NCBI GenBank assembly: GCA_001782035.1
Contig: MFNL01000001.1
Location: 2,643 to 66,642, forward strand
DNA: 64,000 nt
From: Candidatus Levybacteria bacterium RIFCSPHIGHO2_01_FULL_37_17
Lineage (GTDB): Bacteria > Patescibacteriota > Microgenomatia > Levybacterales > UBA12049
Direction: 5' to 3'
Under the pieces are notes generated by a model. That model did not search any database, was not told the DNA's origin, and saw only the letters and a program-made list of their open reading frames with translations. Shown here in pieces: positions 1 through 9,258 of the stretch (position 1 is its first letter; every line of letters begins with the position of its first letter). Both the position numbers and the translations under genes were made by a program.

Positions 1-272
1 AAATCGTGCGTATAATAGTCGAGTAACAAATGGTATTTGAGTCCTTCTACAATTGGTTTGAATCTTGAATCGAGTGTTAAAGAATAAGCAAATTCGGAGT
101 GTATTTTATTTCTGTCAATTTTTCCTTTTGATGTCCAGGCAATGTCAGGGAAAATAGATGCAAATAAAAGATCGGCATTTTCGCTCTTGGAAAGAAAATT
201 GGCATGATAAACATGAGCTTGTGCAAACATAGAGGAATTATATCACTTCCTCTTTTTGGTAGAATACAGTTT

Positions 273-1109
273 ATGAATCTAGTGGCTTTGGGAAATGTTT
301 GTATAGACAAAAACAAAATTGAGAAAAGTCTCTACAAAAGCGCAGGCGGCCCCCCAAAATTTATGTCTTTATTTTTTAGCAAGGTGAAAGACGCCTCTTT
401 TGGAATAATTGCCTCATATGGAGCTGATTTTTTGCCTTATAAAAAAGGCTTGAATCTGTATCCGTTAAGGCCTAATGCTTCCAATACTTTAGTTTATGAA
501 AATATTATAAAAAACAGAAAAAGAACTCAGAAATGCCATTTTTATAAAGAGGCCTTACCACCTGTTATTGATAAAAACATAACAAATATTATAAGAAAAT
601 CAGATGTTTTATTTATAACGCCTCTTATTCCCCATTTTCCTGTTGAATATATTAAAAAGGCAGTAAAAATAGTCGGCAAGAATTGTTTGAAAATGCTACT
701 TCCGCAAGGCTATTTTAGGCAATTTGATGCCAACGGCAACGTACTTTTTAGAGAATTTAAAGAAGCAGAGGTAATTTTGCCGCTAGTTGATATTGTTATT
801 TTGAGTGACCAGGACTATCCAAACATAGAAAAATTGGCTTTGGAATGGAGTAACAAATACGGCACAACTTTTATAATTACAAAAGCCCATAAAGGAGCAA
901 CAGTGATTAATAAGAATAGAAGATCAATAATTAAGGTCAACCCTATTCCTGCCAAGCAAATTTTTGACTCAATTGGAGCAGGAGATGTCTTTGCTGCTGC
1001 ATTTGGGTATTACTATTTTAAAAACAAAGACCTGCTAAAATCGGTCAAATTAGCAAACCAAGCAGCGAGGGAAAAATTAATTTTGAATGCCACTATTCTG
1101 TCGCAATGA
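273..1109 (+). CDS. PfkB-family carbohydrate kinase (ribokinase-like); start moved to internal ATG at 273
   Basis: C-terminal GAGDVFAAAF matches the PfkB signature (GAGD); N-terminal MNLVALGNVCID resembles ribokinase N-terminus. The track ORF begins earlier at 204 with poor N-terminal sequence. Confidence 0.6.
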   Translation: MNLVALGNVCIDKNKIEKSLYKSAGGPPKFMSLFFSKVKDASFGIIASYGADFLPYKKGLNLYPLRPNASNTLVYENIIKNRKRTQKCHFYKEALPPVIDKNITNIIRKSDVLFITPLIPHFPVEYIKKAVKIVGKNCLKMLLPQGYFRQFDANGNVLFREFKEAEVILPLVDIVILSDQDYPNIEKLALEWSNKYGTTFIITKAHKGATVINKNRRSIIKVNPIPAKQIFDSIGAGDVFAAAFGYYYFKNKDLLKSVKLANQAAREKLILNATILSQ

Positions 1110-1640
1110 TCCAATTTGTGCTTGCCATCTTGGATACCATTCATCAATCATTTGGTAGTTTAAACCAAGTCTTGTTTGATGTGGTTGTCTAATAGTTGAT
1201 CTCGCAACCAAATCGTTTACAGCAAGCTCGACCGTTCTATTGATAATACGGACTTGCTCCTCTCCAATTGCTGCGACCTTATCAATTGATTCTCTTAGCC
1301 GCCCTTCTGCAGTGCGGCTTGCTTTTTCATAATCATCTCCCAATTTTACTAACCTCGAAAACAGTGGGATCCTTGATATATCTATTCTTTGTGGAAGTCG
1401 TGAGATAAAAGTCATGTCGTAATTGTCTGTTCTAATAATCCTTAATGCGAGGTTTTCTTTGAAAAGATACGTTTCGTTTCCTTTTAAACCCAACTTATCA
1501 AAAATTTCATATTTAGCACATACCATTTCTGCTCTTTGTCGGCCCCTTTCTATGATATGACCAACAAGCTCAGAGTCTTGCTTTTCCCTATTAATTGCAG
1601 CTGCTCTTGCTAAACCAGCAGAAGATCTCTCGTTTTTCAC
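1077..1640 (-). CDS. hypothetical protein
   Basis: 187-aa ORF, no recognised family. Has an R-x6-H motif (RSTIRQPH) near the C-terminus reminiscent of HEPN but unproven. Confidence 0.35.
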   Translation of the reverse strand: MKNERSSAGLARAAAINREKQDSELVGHIIERGRQRAEMVCAKYEIFDKLGLKGNETYLFKENLALRIIRTDNYDMTFISRLPQRIDISRIPLFSRLVKLGDDYEKASRTAEGRLRESIDKVAAIGEEQVRIINRTVELAVNDLVARSTIRQPHQTRLGLNYQMIDEWYPRWQAQIGSLRQNSGIQN

Positions 1641-1677
1641 AAAGAAGAATTATATAGGTTTTTAACTAAATTGCAAC

Positions 1678-1872
1678 TTATTTCTTATTTGCGGGATTAA
1701 CCATCCAGTCCCATGCAATACCTACTACAACTAACGCAATTCCTCCCCACAAAAGATAGGCTGTTAAGCTTGGGACAAAATATAAAACCAATAAAGCTAT
1801 ACCACCACCTGTTACCAAATGGGCAAGTGAATGCGGCTTCATGCACTCTTGCATCATTTTATCCATGTTCAT
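1678..1872 (-). CDS. small membrane protein (2 TM predicted by eye)
   Basis: 64 aa, two hydrophobic stretches rich in G/A/L/V. Confidence 0.3.
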   Translation of the reverse strand: MNMDKMMQECMKPHSLAHLVTGGGIALLVLYFVPSLTAYLLWGGIALVVVGIAWDWMVNPANKK

Positions 1873-1886
1873 TCAAATCACCCCCT

Positions 1887-2096
1887 TTAAATAAATTTAC
1901 CGTGTTTGCAACCAAAATACGAAAGAACTGCGGCAATTACAAATCCAAAATAGCTAGCCCACATGGGAATTTCGTATGGTCCAATACTAACGCTCCAGTT
2001 AAATAAAACTCTTAGCAGGTGAAAGGCGGCCACAAGTCCGAAAATGATTCCGGCTACTCGAAAATAATTTTGCGAAGTCAAATTAATCACCTCCAA
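1887..2096 (-). CDS. small membrane protein
   Basis: 69 aa, two hydrophobic segments; adjacent to and co-oriented with the previous small membrane ORF. Confidence 0.3.
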   Translation of the reverse strand: MEVINLTSQNYFRVAGIIFGLVAAFHLLRVLFNWSVSIGPYEIPMWASYFGFVIAAVLSYFGCKHGKFI

Positions 2097-2130
2097 TATC
2101 AGTGTTTCAGAAGCAGTCTAAATTGTCAAA

Positions 2131-3321
2131 TTAGTGCGGAGTTGGGGTTGGTGTTCCGGTTTTTGTCGGAGAAGGATAATATGTTGGCGTTGGCGTTCGT
2201 GTTGGAGAATAATTTGGAGTTGGAGTCGGAGTGGATTGAAAATATATGTTAAGCGTTGGCCAATTAAGATTATTTGAATTTTCTCTTGAGTAGAATATCA
2301 CATTGTCCGCCGAATCTGTCTGTAATCCAAGAGTTGCTAGTTTTCCTTGGTTTGCTTTAACCCAACTTGTAACGTCGAAGTAAACCAATGAATTTTTAAA
2401 GGCTTTTTTAACAGCACTGATACTTTGACCGATTGCTGGAGCGTTTTTATAAGTAATAGAAGTTTCAGACCACGAACTGTTTGAAACAGACTTAATGCTT
2501 TGAGTACCGTTTGACGCTGCGGCATTTGAATTTATTACTCTCATTGTAAGTGTAGCATTTGTAATTTTCCTGCCTGCAGTGCTTTTTAGATCAAACTTTA
2601 AATAAGAGTTAAATTTTGGACTTTTGTCGGCCCGCAGTGTTGTTTCCTTACCATAATTTTTATTGATATCCGACCTTACATATGCATCGGCAATTGGAGA
2701 TAGGGTGGAAGTAGTCGGAACCGGAGTAGATGTTGGGGTCGGGGTAGTCGACAATGTTGAAGTTGGCGTAATAGTTGCAGAAATTGTGGCAACAGGAGTT
2801 GGAGTAATGCTTGCGCAGGATGGCAATACGCTTGAATTATCCGAGACTACGACTTGAGTTGATTTAGTAATTGTTTGAAGCCCGTCTCTTGCTATAACTG
2901 TAAGCTGTGCGCAGCCGACTTCAAGCGCCGTTAGTTCTGTGATTTGTCCATTTATTAAAGACAATCTAGCAGCCGAGCTTGCAGAACTCATGCTCCATTC
3001 ATAAACTACTCCTGAATTAACCGGACTGCCATTCCCATCAAATGCCAAAGTCGAAAGAGCTTGTGTTTGACCCTTTAACATAAATACTATCCCTGGATGA
3101 ATGTCGACCCTTGCTATTCCCCCGCCCCCTGCGCTGCTTCGGGTCGAAAGCGTAATCGTAGTTATTGCTCCCGCAAATGTTAAAAAAAGAACTGTTGTGA
3201 CAACTAATGTTTTGGAGAATTTATCCAAAGAAGAAAACTTTTCCCAAAAAGCTTTAAGGGGATTTTGTTTTAAATCAGAATCTGTCCCGCCACCAGTTGC
3301 AATAATCTTTGGCATTCTCAA
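2131..3321 (-). CDS. secreted/cell-surface protein with N-terminal TM anchor, Ig-like (Big_2-like) domain, Thr/Pro-rich linkers and C-terminal beta-rich (DNRLRE/CBM-like) domain
   Basis: N-terminal hydrophobic anchor, TPTPT/TSTP repeats, C-terminus TPTPTPNYSPTRTPTPT; central TVIARDG..QVVV motif typical of Big_2. Confidence 0.45.
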   Translation of the reverse strand: MRMPKIIATGGGTDSDLKQNPLKAFWEKFSSLDKFSKTLVVTTVLFLTFAGAITTITLSTRSSAGGGGIARVDIHPGIVFMLKGQTQALSTLAFDGNGSPVNSGVVYEWSMSSASSAARLSLINGQITELTALEVGCAQLTVIARDGLQTITKSTQVVVSDNSSVLPSCASITPTPVATISATITPTSTLSTTPTPTSTPVPTTSTLSPIADAYVRSDINKNYGKETTLRADKSPKFNSYLKFDLKSTAGRKITNATLTMRVINSNAAASNGTQSIKSVSNSSWSETSITYKNAPAIGQSISAVKKAFKNSLVYFDVTSWVKANQGKLATLGLQTDSADNVIFYSRENSNNLNWPTLNIYFQSTPTPTPNYSPTRTPTPTYYPSPTKTGTPTPTPH

Positions 3322-3358
3322 TAATAGTGTGGTTTCCCCAACTGCTTGTCAAGTAGAA

Positions 3359-4297
3359 TTATCTTTGGTGATGTTCGATTGGCTGCTCTTCCATTCCATC
3401 TAACCATTTTTCAGCTTCAAGTGCTGCCGCAGAACCGTATCCTGCTGCAGTTACTGCCTGTTTATAATGGGAGTCATGTATGTCTCCTGCAACAAAAATG
3501 CCCTCTTTATTTGTTAAGTAATGTTCGTGAACCTTAATAAAACCGGCCTCATCTGTTTCTATATCTTTGAATTTTGCAGAGTTTGGAATGTGTCCAATGG
3601 CTACAAAAACACCGTCAATGGGCATATCGTAAGTCTCATTAGTTTTATTATTGAACAGGATTACAGACTGAACTCGGCCTTCACCCTTAATTTCTTTGAC
3701 CTCGCAGTTCCATAAAACTTTTATTTTAGGATTATCTAAAACTCTTTTTTGCATTATTTCCGAAGCCCTGAAAGAGTCTTTTCGGTGAACTATAGTAACC
3801 GAGGTTGCGAATTTAGATAAAACTGTCGCCTCCTCCATCGCACTGTCGCCTCCTCCAACTACTATTGTATTTTTGTTTCTGAAAAATACGCCGTCGCATG
3901 GAGCACACGAGCTTACTCCTCTTCCGATTTTATCCGCTTCTCCCGGAACCTCTAACCATTTTGTTTCTGCTCCCGTTGCAATAATTATTGCCTTTCCCTC
4001 GTATGTTTTTTCTCCTACGGTCACTTTAAAAGGCTTTTTTGAAAAATCAACGGACTCAAAATCCAAATCTATAAACTCTGTGCCAAACCTTTCTGCTTGT
4101 TTTCGCATAGCAGTCATTAAATCCGGCCCTTGAATGCCTTCCGGAAATCCGGGATAATTCTCAACTAAAGTAGTTAATTGGAGCTGTCCGCCCCATTTGA
4201 CGCCGGCTATAAGAAGCGTTTTTAAATCCGCCCTTGTTGTATAAATTGCTGCAGTTAAGCCAGCGGGGCCTGAGCCAAGAATTATGACGTCGTACAT
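3359..4297 (-). CDS. trxB: thioredoxin reductase
   Basis: MYDVIILGSGPAG FAD motif, CAPC redox-active disulfide, second GGGDSAMEEA NADPH motif. Confidence 0.9.
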   Translation of the reverse strand: MYDVIILGSGPAGLTAAIYTTRADLKTLLIAGVKWGGQLQLTTLVENYPGFPEGIQGPDLMTAMRKQAERFGTEFIDLDFESVDFSKKPFKVTVGEKTYEGKAIIIATGAETKWLEVPGEADKIGRGVSSCAPCDGVFFRNKNTIVVGGGDSAMEEATVLSKFATSVTIVHRKDSFRASEIMQKRVLDNPKIKVLWNCEVKEIKGEGRVQSVILFNNKTNETYDMPIDGVFVAIGHIPNSAKFKDIETDEAGFIKVHEHYLTNKEGIFVAGDIHDSHYKQAVTAAGYGSAAALEAEKWLDGMEEQPIEHHQR

Positions 4298-4300
4298 AAA

Positions 4301-4627
4301 TTATGAGGCAAGGACTGCGTCTATTTCCTTAGTATAATTGTCTTTGCTTTGGGCGCCAATCATGGTTTTAACCGGTTGTCCGTTTTTAAACAAAACAACA
4401 CTTGGTATACTCATTATTCCATAGTTTTGAGCTGTAATCCCGTTTGCGTCTACATCCATTTTGCCTACCTTTATTTTTCCGCTATAGTCTTTTGCAAGCT
4501 CTTCAACAATCGGGCTTACAATTCTGCATGGGACGCACCATGCAGCCCAAAAATCAACCACAACCGGGGTTTGGGATTGCAGTACTTCCTCTGCAAAGTT
4601 CTGATCTGTAAAAGTAAGGTCTGCCAT
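4301..4627 (-). CDS. trxA: thioredoxin
   Basis: 108 aa, WAAWCVPC active site; 3 nt upstream of trxB on the same strand. Confidence 0.85.
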   Translation of the reverse strand: MADLTFTDQNFAEEVLQSQTPVVVDFWAAWCVPCRIVSPIVEELAKDYSGKIKVGKMDVDANGITAQNYGIMSIPSVVLFKNGQPVKTMIGAQSKDNYTKEIDAVLAS

Positions 4628-4715
4628 TTCTACAATAGGATAACCAAAGACAAGGTTTTAGTCAACTAGTGAAATTATATACAATTATAAAAGGTATAAA
4701 AGGCGATGAACAATA

Positions 4716-5711
4716 TTATTGTCCAACTATGTTTACTAGAGCACCATTTAAGTAGCTTTTTATATTCGCATTATTTGTGTCCAAAATCTCATGCAAAGCC
4801 TCCGTACTATTAAAAGCATTATGCGGTGTAACAATTACATCGTCTCTTTGCAAAAGCACATGATTTATCAATTCTGTTTTATAGTCCTCGTTTGCAAGAA
4901 AATGTTTTGATAAAAATTGTCTTTCTTCCTTTAACTGCCCTTCTTCTTCCAAAACATCTAGCCCTGCTCCTTTTATAATGCCCTGCTCCAAGCCATAAAG
5001 AATTGCTTGTGTTTCAACCAATGCGCCTCTTGCCGTATTAATCAGGAAAGTTCCTTTTTTAAAATTGTTAATATTTTGCATATTTATAATATGCTCTGTC
5101 TCTTTAGTGTGCGGCAGATGGAGAGTTATGATGTCAGACAATGAGAGAACTTCATCGAGTGGCTTATAGACTACTCCCTTTTCTACTAAACCGGAGTCTT
5201 CATGATGATTATATGCCAACACCTTCATCCCCAAAGAAAGGGCTATTTCGCAAACGTTAGCCCCGATATGTCCAGTCCCCAAAACTCCCAAAGTTTTTCC
5301 GAACAAATCAAAGCCTGTTAGACCAACGCTATCGAAATTTCCTTTTTTCGCCCTCTCAACAGAGGGAATAATTTTCCTTGAAAGAGCTAGAATAAGGGAA
5401 AAAGTGTGCTCGGCAACAGTATGAGCGCCATAGTTTGGCACGTAAGAAACCGTAATATTTTTTGCTTTGCAGGCCTCTAAATCTATATGATCATAACCCA
5501 TAGAGCGTGTGCTGATAAATTTTAAATTGGGCAGTTTTGAAATAAGCTCTGCGGTAATTTCCGAATATATAAAAATAGAAATAACTTCAGAATCAGCAAA
5601 TTTAGCCGCCGCATCTTGAGTAAGTTTTTCTTCGCTAAACGCTGCGTCAGGAAACTGTTTGCTAATGTATTCTTTTTCCCAATCTTCAATTTCGAAAAAA
5701 ACTATTTTCAT
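4716..5711 (-). CDS. D-isomer-specific 2-hydroxyacid dehydrogenase family (D-lactate/phosphoglycerate dehydrogenase-like)
   Basis: GVLGTGHIGANV NAD-binding Rossmann motif, catalytic-domain layout of the D-2-HADH family, ~330 aa. Confidence 0.8.
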   Translation of the reverse strand: MKIVFFEIEDWEKEYISKQFPDAAFSEEKLTQDAAAKFADSEVISIFIYSEITAELISKLPNLKFISTRSMGYDHIDLEACKAKNITVSYVPNYGAHTVAEHTFSLILALSRKIIPSVERAKKGNFDSVGLTGFDLFGKTLGVLGTGHIGANVCEIALSLGMKVLAYNHHEDSGLVEKGVVYKPLDEVLSLSDIITLHLPHTKETEHIINMQNINNFKKGTFLINTARGALVETQAILYGLEQGIIKGAGLDVLEEEGQLKEERQFLSKHFLANEDYKTELINHVLLQRDDVIVTPHNAFNSTEALHEILDTNNANIKSYLNGALVNIVGQ

Positions 5712-6232
5712 TTTTTTAATTTTTTAGAAAGCATTGGCATTAAAAATCTATCCAAGCCTAACGCGCCTGATTTTTTCCAAAATGCCAAAATAACCAGCTC
5801 GCCCAAAAGCAAAACCGGATTTGTACTGACTGTCCCTGCAAAAAGATAATTGAAGTTCATAAAGGCCCCAAAAAAGGCTGCAAAAGGAGTTAGTGCACCT
5901 AAAATCAACCCTAATCCAACCGCTACTTCCCCAAAAGAAACAAGATAAGAAAATACTACTTTGTTTGGAAGGGCAATATTTTTGACAAATTCTGCGTACC
6001 ACCACTGGACACTTGGATGCTCTCCGCCTGTTTTTGTCAAGGCGCTTGTTAAAAATCCGCCAATCGCAGTTCCTGCTTTATCTCCTACCCAAGATGAACT
6101 GGTGATTTTTTCAAAACCTGCCGAAAGCCATTGCCATCCGACGTAAACTCGTATTAATAAAAGAACTATCGGAAGCAGTAAATTTTTACTCACTAATAAA
6201 AGCGTAACACAATTGTAATACTTTTCAAACAA
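5708..6232 (-). CDS. DoxX-family membrane protein
   Basis: RVYVGWQWLSAGFEK motif typical of DoxX, 4 hydrophobic helices, 4-nt overlap with the downstream dehydrogenase gene. Confidence 0.7.
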   Translation of the reverse strand: MFEKYYNCVTLLLVSKNLLLPIVLLLIRVYVGWQWLSAGFEKITSSSWVGDKAGTAIGGFLTSALTKTGGEHPSVQWWYAEFVKNIALPNKVVFSYLVSFGEVAVGLGLILGALTPFAAFFGAFMNFNYLFAGTVSTNPVLLLGELVILAFWKKSGALGLDRFLMPMLSKKLKK

Positions 6233-6267
6233 GTGCGTTATATTTTTAAAATAGGGAGGAGGTGAAA

Positions 6268-6462
6268 ATGCAAGCTATAAATTTAGAGTTTTCTTTAGGC
6301 AACTTTAACAGTTTTTTCGATTTTAAACAGCTGTTTGAAAAAATCAAAAAATCATTTGAAAAAGAGCAACGTGACATGCTATTTCACAGAAGGGCAAAAA
6401 GGCAGGTACAGGAATATTTTGACGTTATGAAATTCTTTTTTACCTCACCTGACCGCATTTAA
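6268..6462 (+). CDS. small hypothetical protein (64 aa) with strong Shine-Dalgarno
   Basis: GGGAGGAGG at 6254-6262, 5 nt before ATG 6268. Lys/Phe-rich basic protein, no family recognised. Confidence 0.35.
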   Translation: MQAINLEFSLGNFNSFFDFKQLFEKIKKSFEKEQRDMLFHRRAKRQVQEYFDVMKFFFTSPDRI

Positions 6463-6501
6463 GCCTTGACAATGCTTTTTTAAAACTTATATACTGCCTT
6501 T

Positions 6502-7335
6502 ATGGCAAAATCTCCAAACGCGCTAAAAAATATCTCCAAAACCGTATCCTCACTTAGAAAATACCAACCCAAATCCTATACCCCAATTCTTGCTATCCTT
6601 CTTATTGTCGCAGCTTTTTTAGTAGGCGTATTGTTTACAAAAGTGCAATACCTTGAAAAAGGCAGCACAACTGTTAATACAAACGTAACAAGCACAGATG
6701 GAACGACTCAGGCTCCATCCGTTTCAATTGAAAGTATCAAAGGGTTATTTAAAAAGGGGAATATATATTTTGGCGACGCAAATAAAAAGAACTTATTTGT
6801 AGAAGTAGCAGATCCAAGCTGTCCATACTGTCATATAGCAGCAGGGCTTAATCCTGAGCTTTCAAAACAGGTCGGGCCAAACTTTACTTATAAATCAGAT
6901 GGAGGAAGCTATGTACCCCCAGTTATAGAAATGAAAAAATTAGTTGATTCGGGACAAGCCGGCTTTGTATGGATTTACACTCCAGGACATGGAAATGGCG
7001 AGATGGGGACTAAGGCTTTATATTGCGCTTATGAGGTTGGGAAATTTTGGGAAGTACACGATAAGCTAATGACAAACGAGGGATACGATTTGCTCAATAA
7101 TGTCGTGTTAAATGATAAAACAAAATCAGGGGAACTGGTAAATTTCTTGTCTTCGGTGATTGATTCTTCAGCACTTAAACAATGTGTGGAAAGCGGAAAA
7201 TACGATAACAAATTAAGCGATGATACTTCTGTTGCACAAACCTTAGGTATAACAGGCACTCCCGGATTTTATATCAATACTACGCTATTTGGCGGAGCCT
7301 ACTCCTGGACAGATATGGAATCAGCCCTCAAATAA
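6502..7335 (+). CDS. DsbA-like thiol:disulfide oxidoreductase with N-terminal membrane anchor
   Basis: N-terminal TM, thioredoxin-fold CPYC active site (ADPSCPYCH), DsbA-family length. Confidence 0.65.
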   Translation: MAKSPNALKNISKTVSSLRKYQPKSYTPILAILLIVAAFLVGVLFTKVQYLEKGSTTVNTNVTSTDGTTQAPSVSIESIKGLFKKGNIYFGDANKKNLFVEVADPSCPYCHIAAGLNPELSKQVGPNFTYKSDGGSYVPPVIEMKKLVDSGQAGFVWIYTPGHGNGEMGTKALYCAYEVGKFWEVHDKLMTNEGYDLLNNVVLNDKTKSGELVNFLSSVIDSSALKQCVESGKYDNKLSDDTSVAQTLGITGTPGFYINTTLFGGAYSWTDMESALK

Positions 7336-7338
7336 ATT

Positions 7339-8118
7339 TTATCCATGAGGAATATAAGAAGTTGCAAGAAAGATAGAAACGATTCCCAAAATTAAAAATA
7401 AACTCTCCCAAAAAGCATAACCTTCTTTTTCTTCGTGATGAATTTCTGGTAAAAGATTAGTTAGAGCGATGTATAAAAAGAACCCTGTTGTTAAAGACAA
7501 AGAATATGGAATTATCCCCTCAATTCTTTCCCCTATAAAAAATGCTAGCAGCCCTCCGGCAACTGACAAAAGTGCTGAAAATATATTTATGATCAAAACT
7601 TTTTTCCTCTTCATTCCTTCATGAAGAAGAATTGCAAAGTCTCCTATTTCCTGTGGAATTTCGTGCGCAACAGTTGCAAAAGTTGTTATTAAACCAGCAG
7701 CCGGATTCACAATATAGGTAATTGAAATTACAACTCCATCAATAAAATTATGTACGCTATCACCTAAGATAACTAAGGGAATATTAACAGAGGTGTGTTT
7801 GCCTTTATTGACTTTTTGATGGTATTGAAACCAATGAATTCCCCTGTCTAAAAGATAAAAAAACAACATTCCGCCCAAAACCCAGAGAAAAACGTTAATT
7901 TCGCCACCTCCTGCATTTGCTACCTCTTCTGCGTGCTCTAGCGCTTCCGGTAAAAGTTCGAAAAAAGCAGTTCCCAAAAGCGCACCAGCTGCAAAAGATA
8001 CCAAAAGATGCACCAAGCCTTTGGAGATCTTTTTACCCAATAGAAGAAGTACGCCTCCTACAAGGGCTCCTACTCCTCCAACTAAGGTTAAAATAATAAT
8101 TACTTCGACTTGAGGCAT
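7339..8118 (-). CDS. ZIP-family (ZupT-like) divalent metal transporter
   Basis: HNFIDG and HEIPQEIGDFAIL motifs characteristic of ZIP/ZupT; multiple TM helices. Confidence 0.75.
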   Translation of the reverse strand: MPQVEVIIILTLVGGVGALVGGVLLLLGKKISKGLVHLLVSFAAGALLGTAFFELLPEALEHAEEVANAGGGEINVFLWVLGGMLFFYLLDRGIHWFQYHQKVNKGKHTSVNIPLVILGDSVHNFIDGVVISITYIVNPAAGLITTFATVAHEIPQEIGDFAILLHEGMKRKKVLIINIFSALLSVAGGLLAFFIGERIEGIIPYSLSLTTGFFLYIALTNLLPEIHHEEKEGYAFWESLFLILGIVSIFLATSYIPHG

Positions 8119-8198
8119 AATATGTGGATTATAGCATGGGTCACAGGCATAAGGGAAACCAAAAGGTCTCCCCTAATGCTTGTTAATTTCGGGTCCAA

Positions 8199-8375
8199 TT
8201 ATACAGACGCTGAGTCGTAATCGGCTTTGCTTACAAACTTTGTAAGCATTCTTCCATCGGAGGTTTTTCCTCTTAATGCGTATCTGGTTTGGCCATTTAC
8301 GTTATATTCTTTTCTCTCTGTAACCTCTGCGTCAACCTTTCTTCTTAATTTGACATCGTAAAATGTTGCGTTCAT
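8199..8375 (-). CDS. small basic protein (58 aa), below track length cutoff
   Basis: ORF MNATFYDVKLRRKVDAEVTERKEYNVNGQTRYALRGKTSDGRMLTKFVSKADYDSASV, preceded by strong SD AAAGGGGGTGAT 5 nt upstream of ATG. It sits in an otherwise empty 330-nt gap. Confidence 0.3.
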   Translation of the reverse strand: MNATFYDVKLRRKVDAEVTERKEYNVNGQTRYALRGKTSDGRMLTKFVSKADYDSASV

Positions 8376-8449
8376 TTAATCACCCCCTTTGTAGCTTTTA
8401 AATATTAGTTCAGTTGAGGCTGATTTGTCAAGTAGGAATCGAGGCTAAA

Positions 8450-8716
8450 CTACAGGATTAAAAAATCGTTAAGGGTTTCTTTATCTTCCGCCCATTCAAC
8501 AACTACATCTTTGACGTCTGAAAATATATTGCCCTGCTCTATTATTTTAATAAGCTCTACAATTTTTTCTTTATCTCCTTGTACAAGAACTTCTACTCGG
8601 GAGTCCGGCAAGTTTTTAACCCAGCCAGATAGTCCGAGCTGGTTTGCTTTTTTAGCTATGAATCGCCGCATTCCTACGCCTTGTACAAAACCTAAAATAA
8701 TTATATGAGCACTCAT
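8450..8716 (-). CDS. acyP: acylphosphatase
   Basis: VQGVGMRRF and GWVKNLPDSRVE match the two acylphosphatase signature motifs; 88 aa. Confidence 0.75.
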   Translation of the reverse strand: MSAHIIILGFVQGVGMRRFIAKKANQLGLSGWVKNLPDSRVEVLVQGDKEKIVELIKIIEQGNIFSDVKDVVVEWAEDKETLNDFLIL

Positions 8717-9258
8717 TTAAAGTGGAAATCTCCAATGTAGGCTAAGATAAGAAACCGCAAAAGCCTTCCTGTAAAAACGATCAAGAAATATTTTTTCAGG
8801 TCATATTTAAAAAAGCCTACAATAAGAGCTGCTCCGTCAAATATGGGATTTGGTATAAAAGATAAAATAAAAATAAGTGGGGTTGAATAAACCTTAAAAA
8901 TATCTTCAAGCACTCTAAACCAAAGCCTTTTTTCTAGTTTCCTCATCACTATATGTCTAGTTGAATAACCAAAGAAAAAAGACACAGCATCCCCAAAAGC
9001 AGTTCCAAGCGCTGCAACAATTGCAACTAAAACAGGTGGATAGACACTTCCTCCTGCAATAACAGTAAGAAAAGCAGGTCCGGAAATAAAAAATGTTGCA
9101 CTCGAGAAGAAGTTAATTAATAAAATACCAAGAAGGCCTAACGTTTGGCCGTCTTTGAATTGTTCTCTAAAAATAAAGGCAAGAATAGAAACTAAAGTTG
9201 AGAAAACAAAAAGAAAAATCCCAAATGCTTTTTCGTTATTTTTGAAAACTTTTATCAT
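8713..9258 (-). CDS. DedA/VTT-domain-like membrane protein (putative)
   Basis: ~180 aa, 4-5 hydrophobic helices, Gly-rich core (VIAGGSVYPP...LGTAFGD) resembling VTT/DedA. Weak assignment. Confidence 0.4.
   Translation of the reverse strand: MIKVFKNNEKAFGIFLFVFSTLVSILAFIFREQFKDGQTLGLLGILLINFFSSATFFISGPAFLTVIAGGSVYPPVLVAIVAALGTAFGDAVSFFFGYSTRHIVMRKLEKRLWFRVLEDIFKVYSTPLIFILSFIPNPIFDGAALIVGFFKYDLKKYFLIVFTGRLLRFLILAYIGDFHFK

Noticed and set aside
77-316. 79-aa minus-strand ORF at window start and the 204-272 extension of the first plus ORF
   Set aside because: No motif or RBS. It overlaps the better-supported PfkB kinase start region and is likely noise at the window edge.
2600-2860. Repetitive TPTPT/GVG-coding DNA resembling a repeat array
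   Set aside because: Repeats are in-frame, imperfect low-complexity coding sequence inside a long ORF, without regular spacer-repeat architecture. Not CRISPR.
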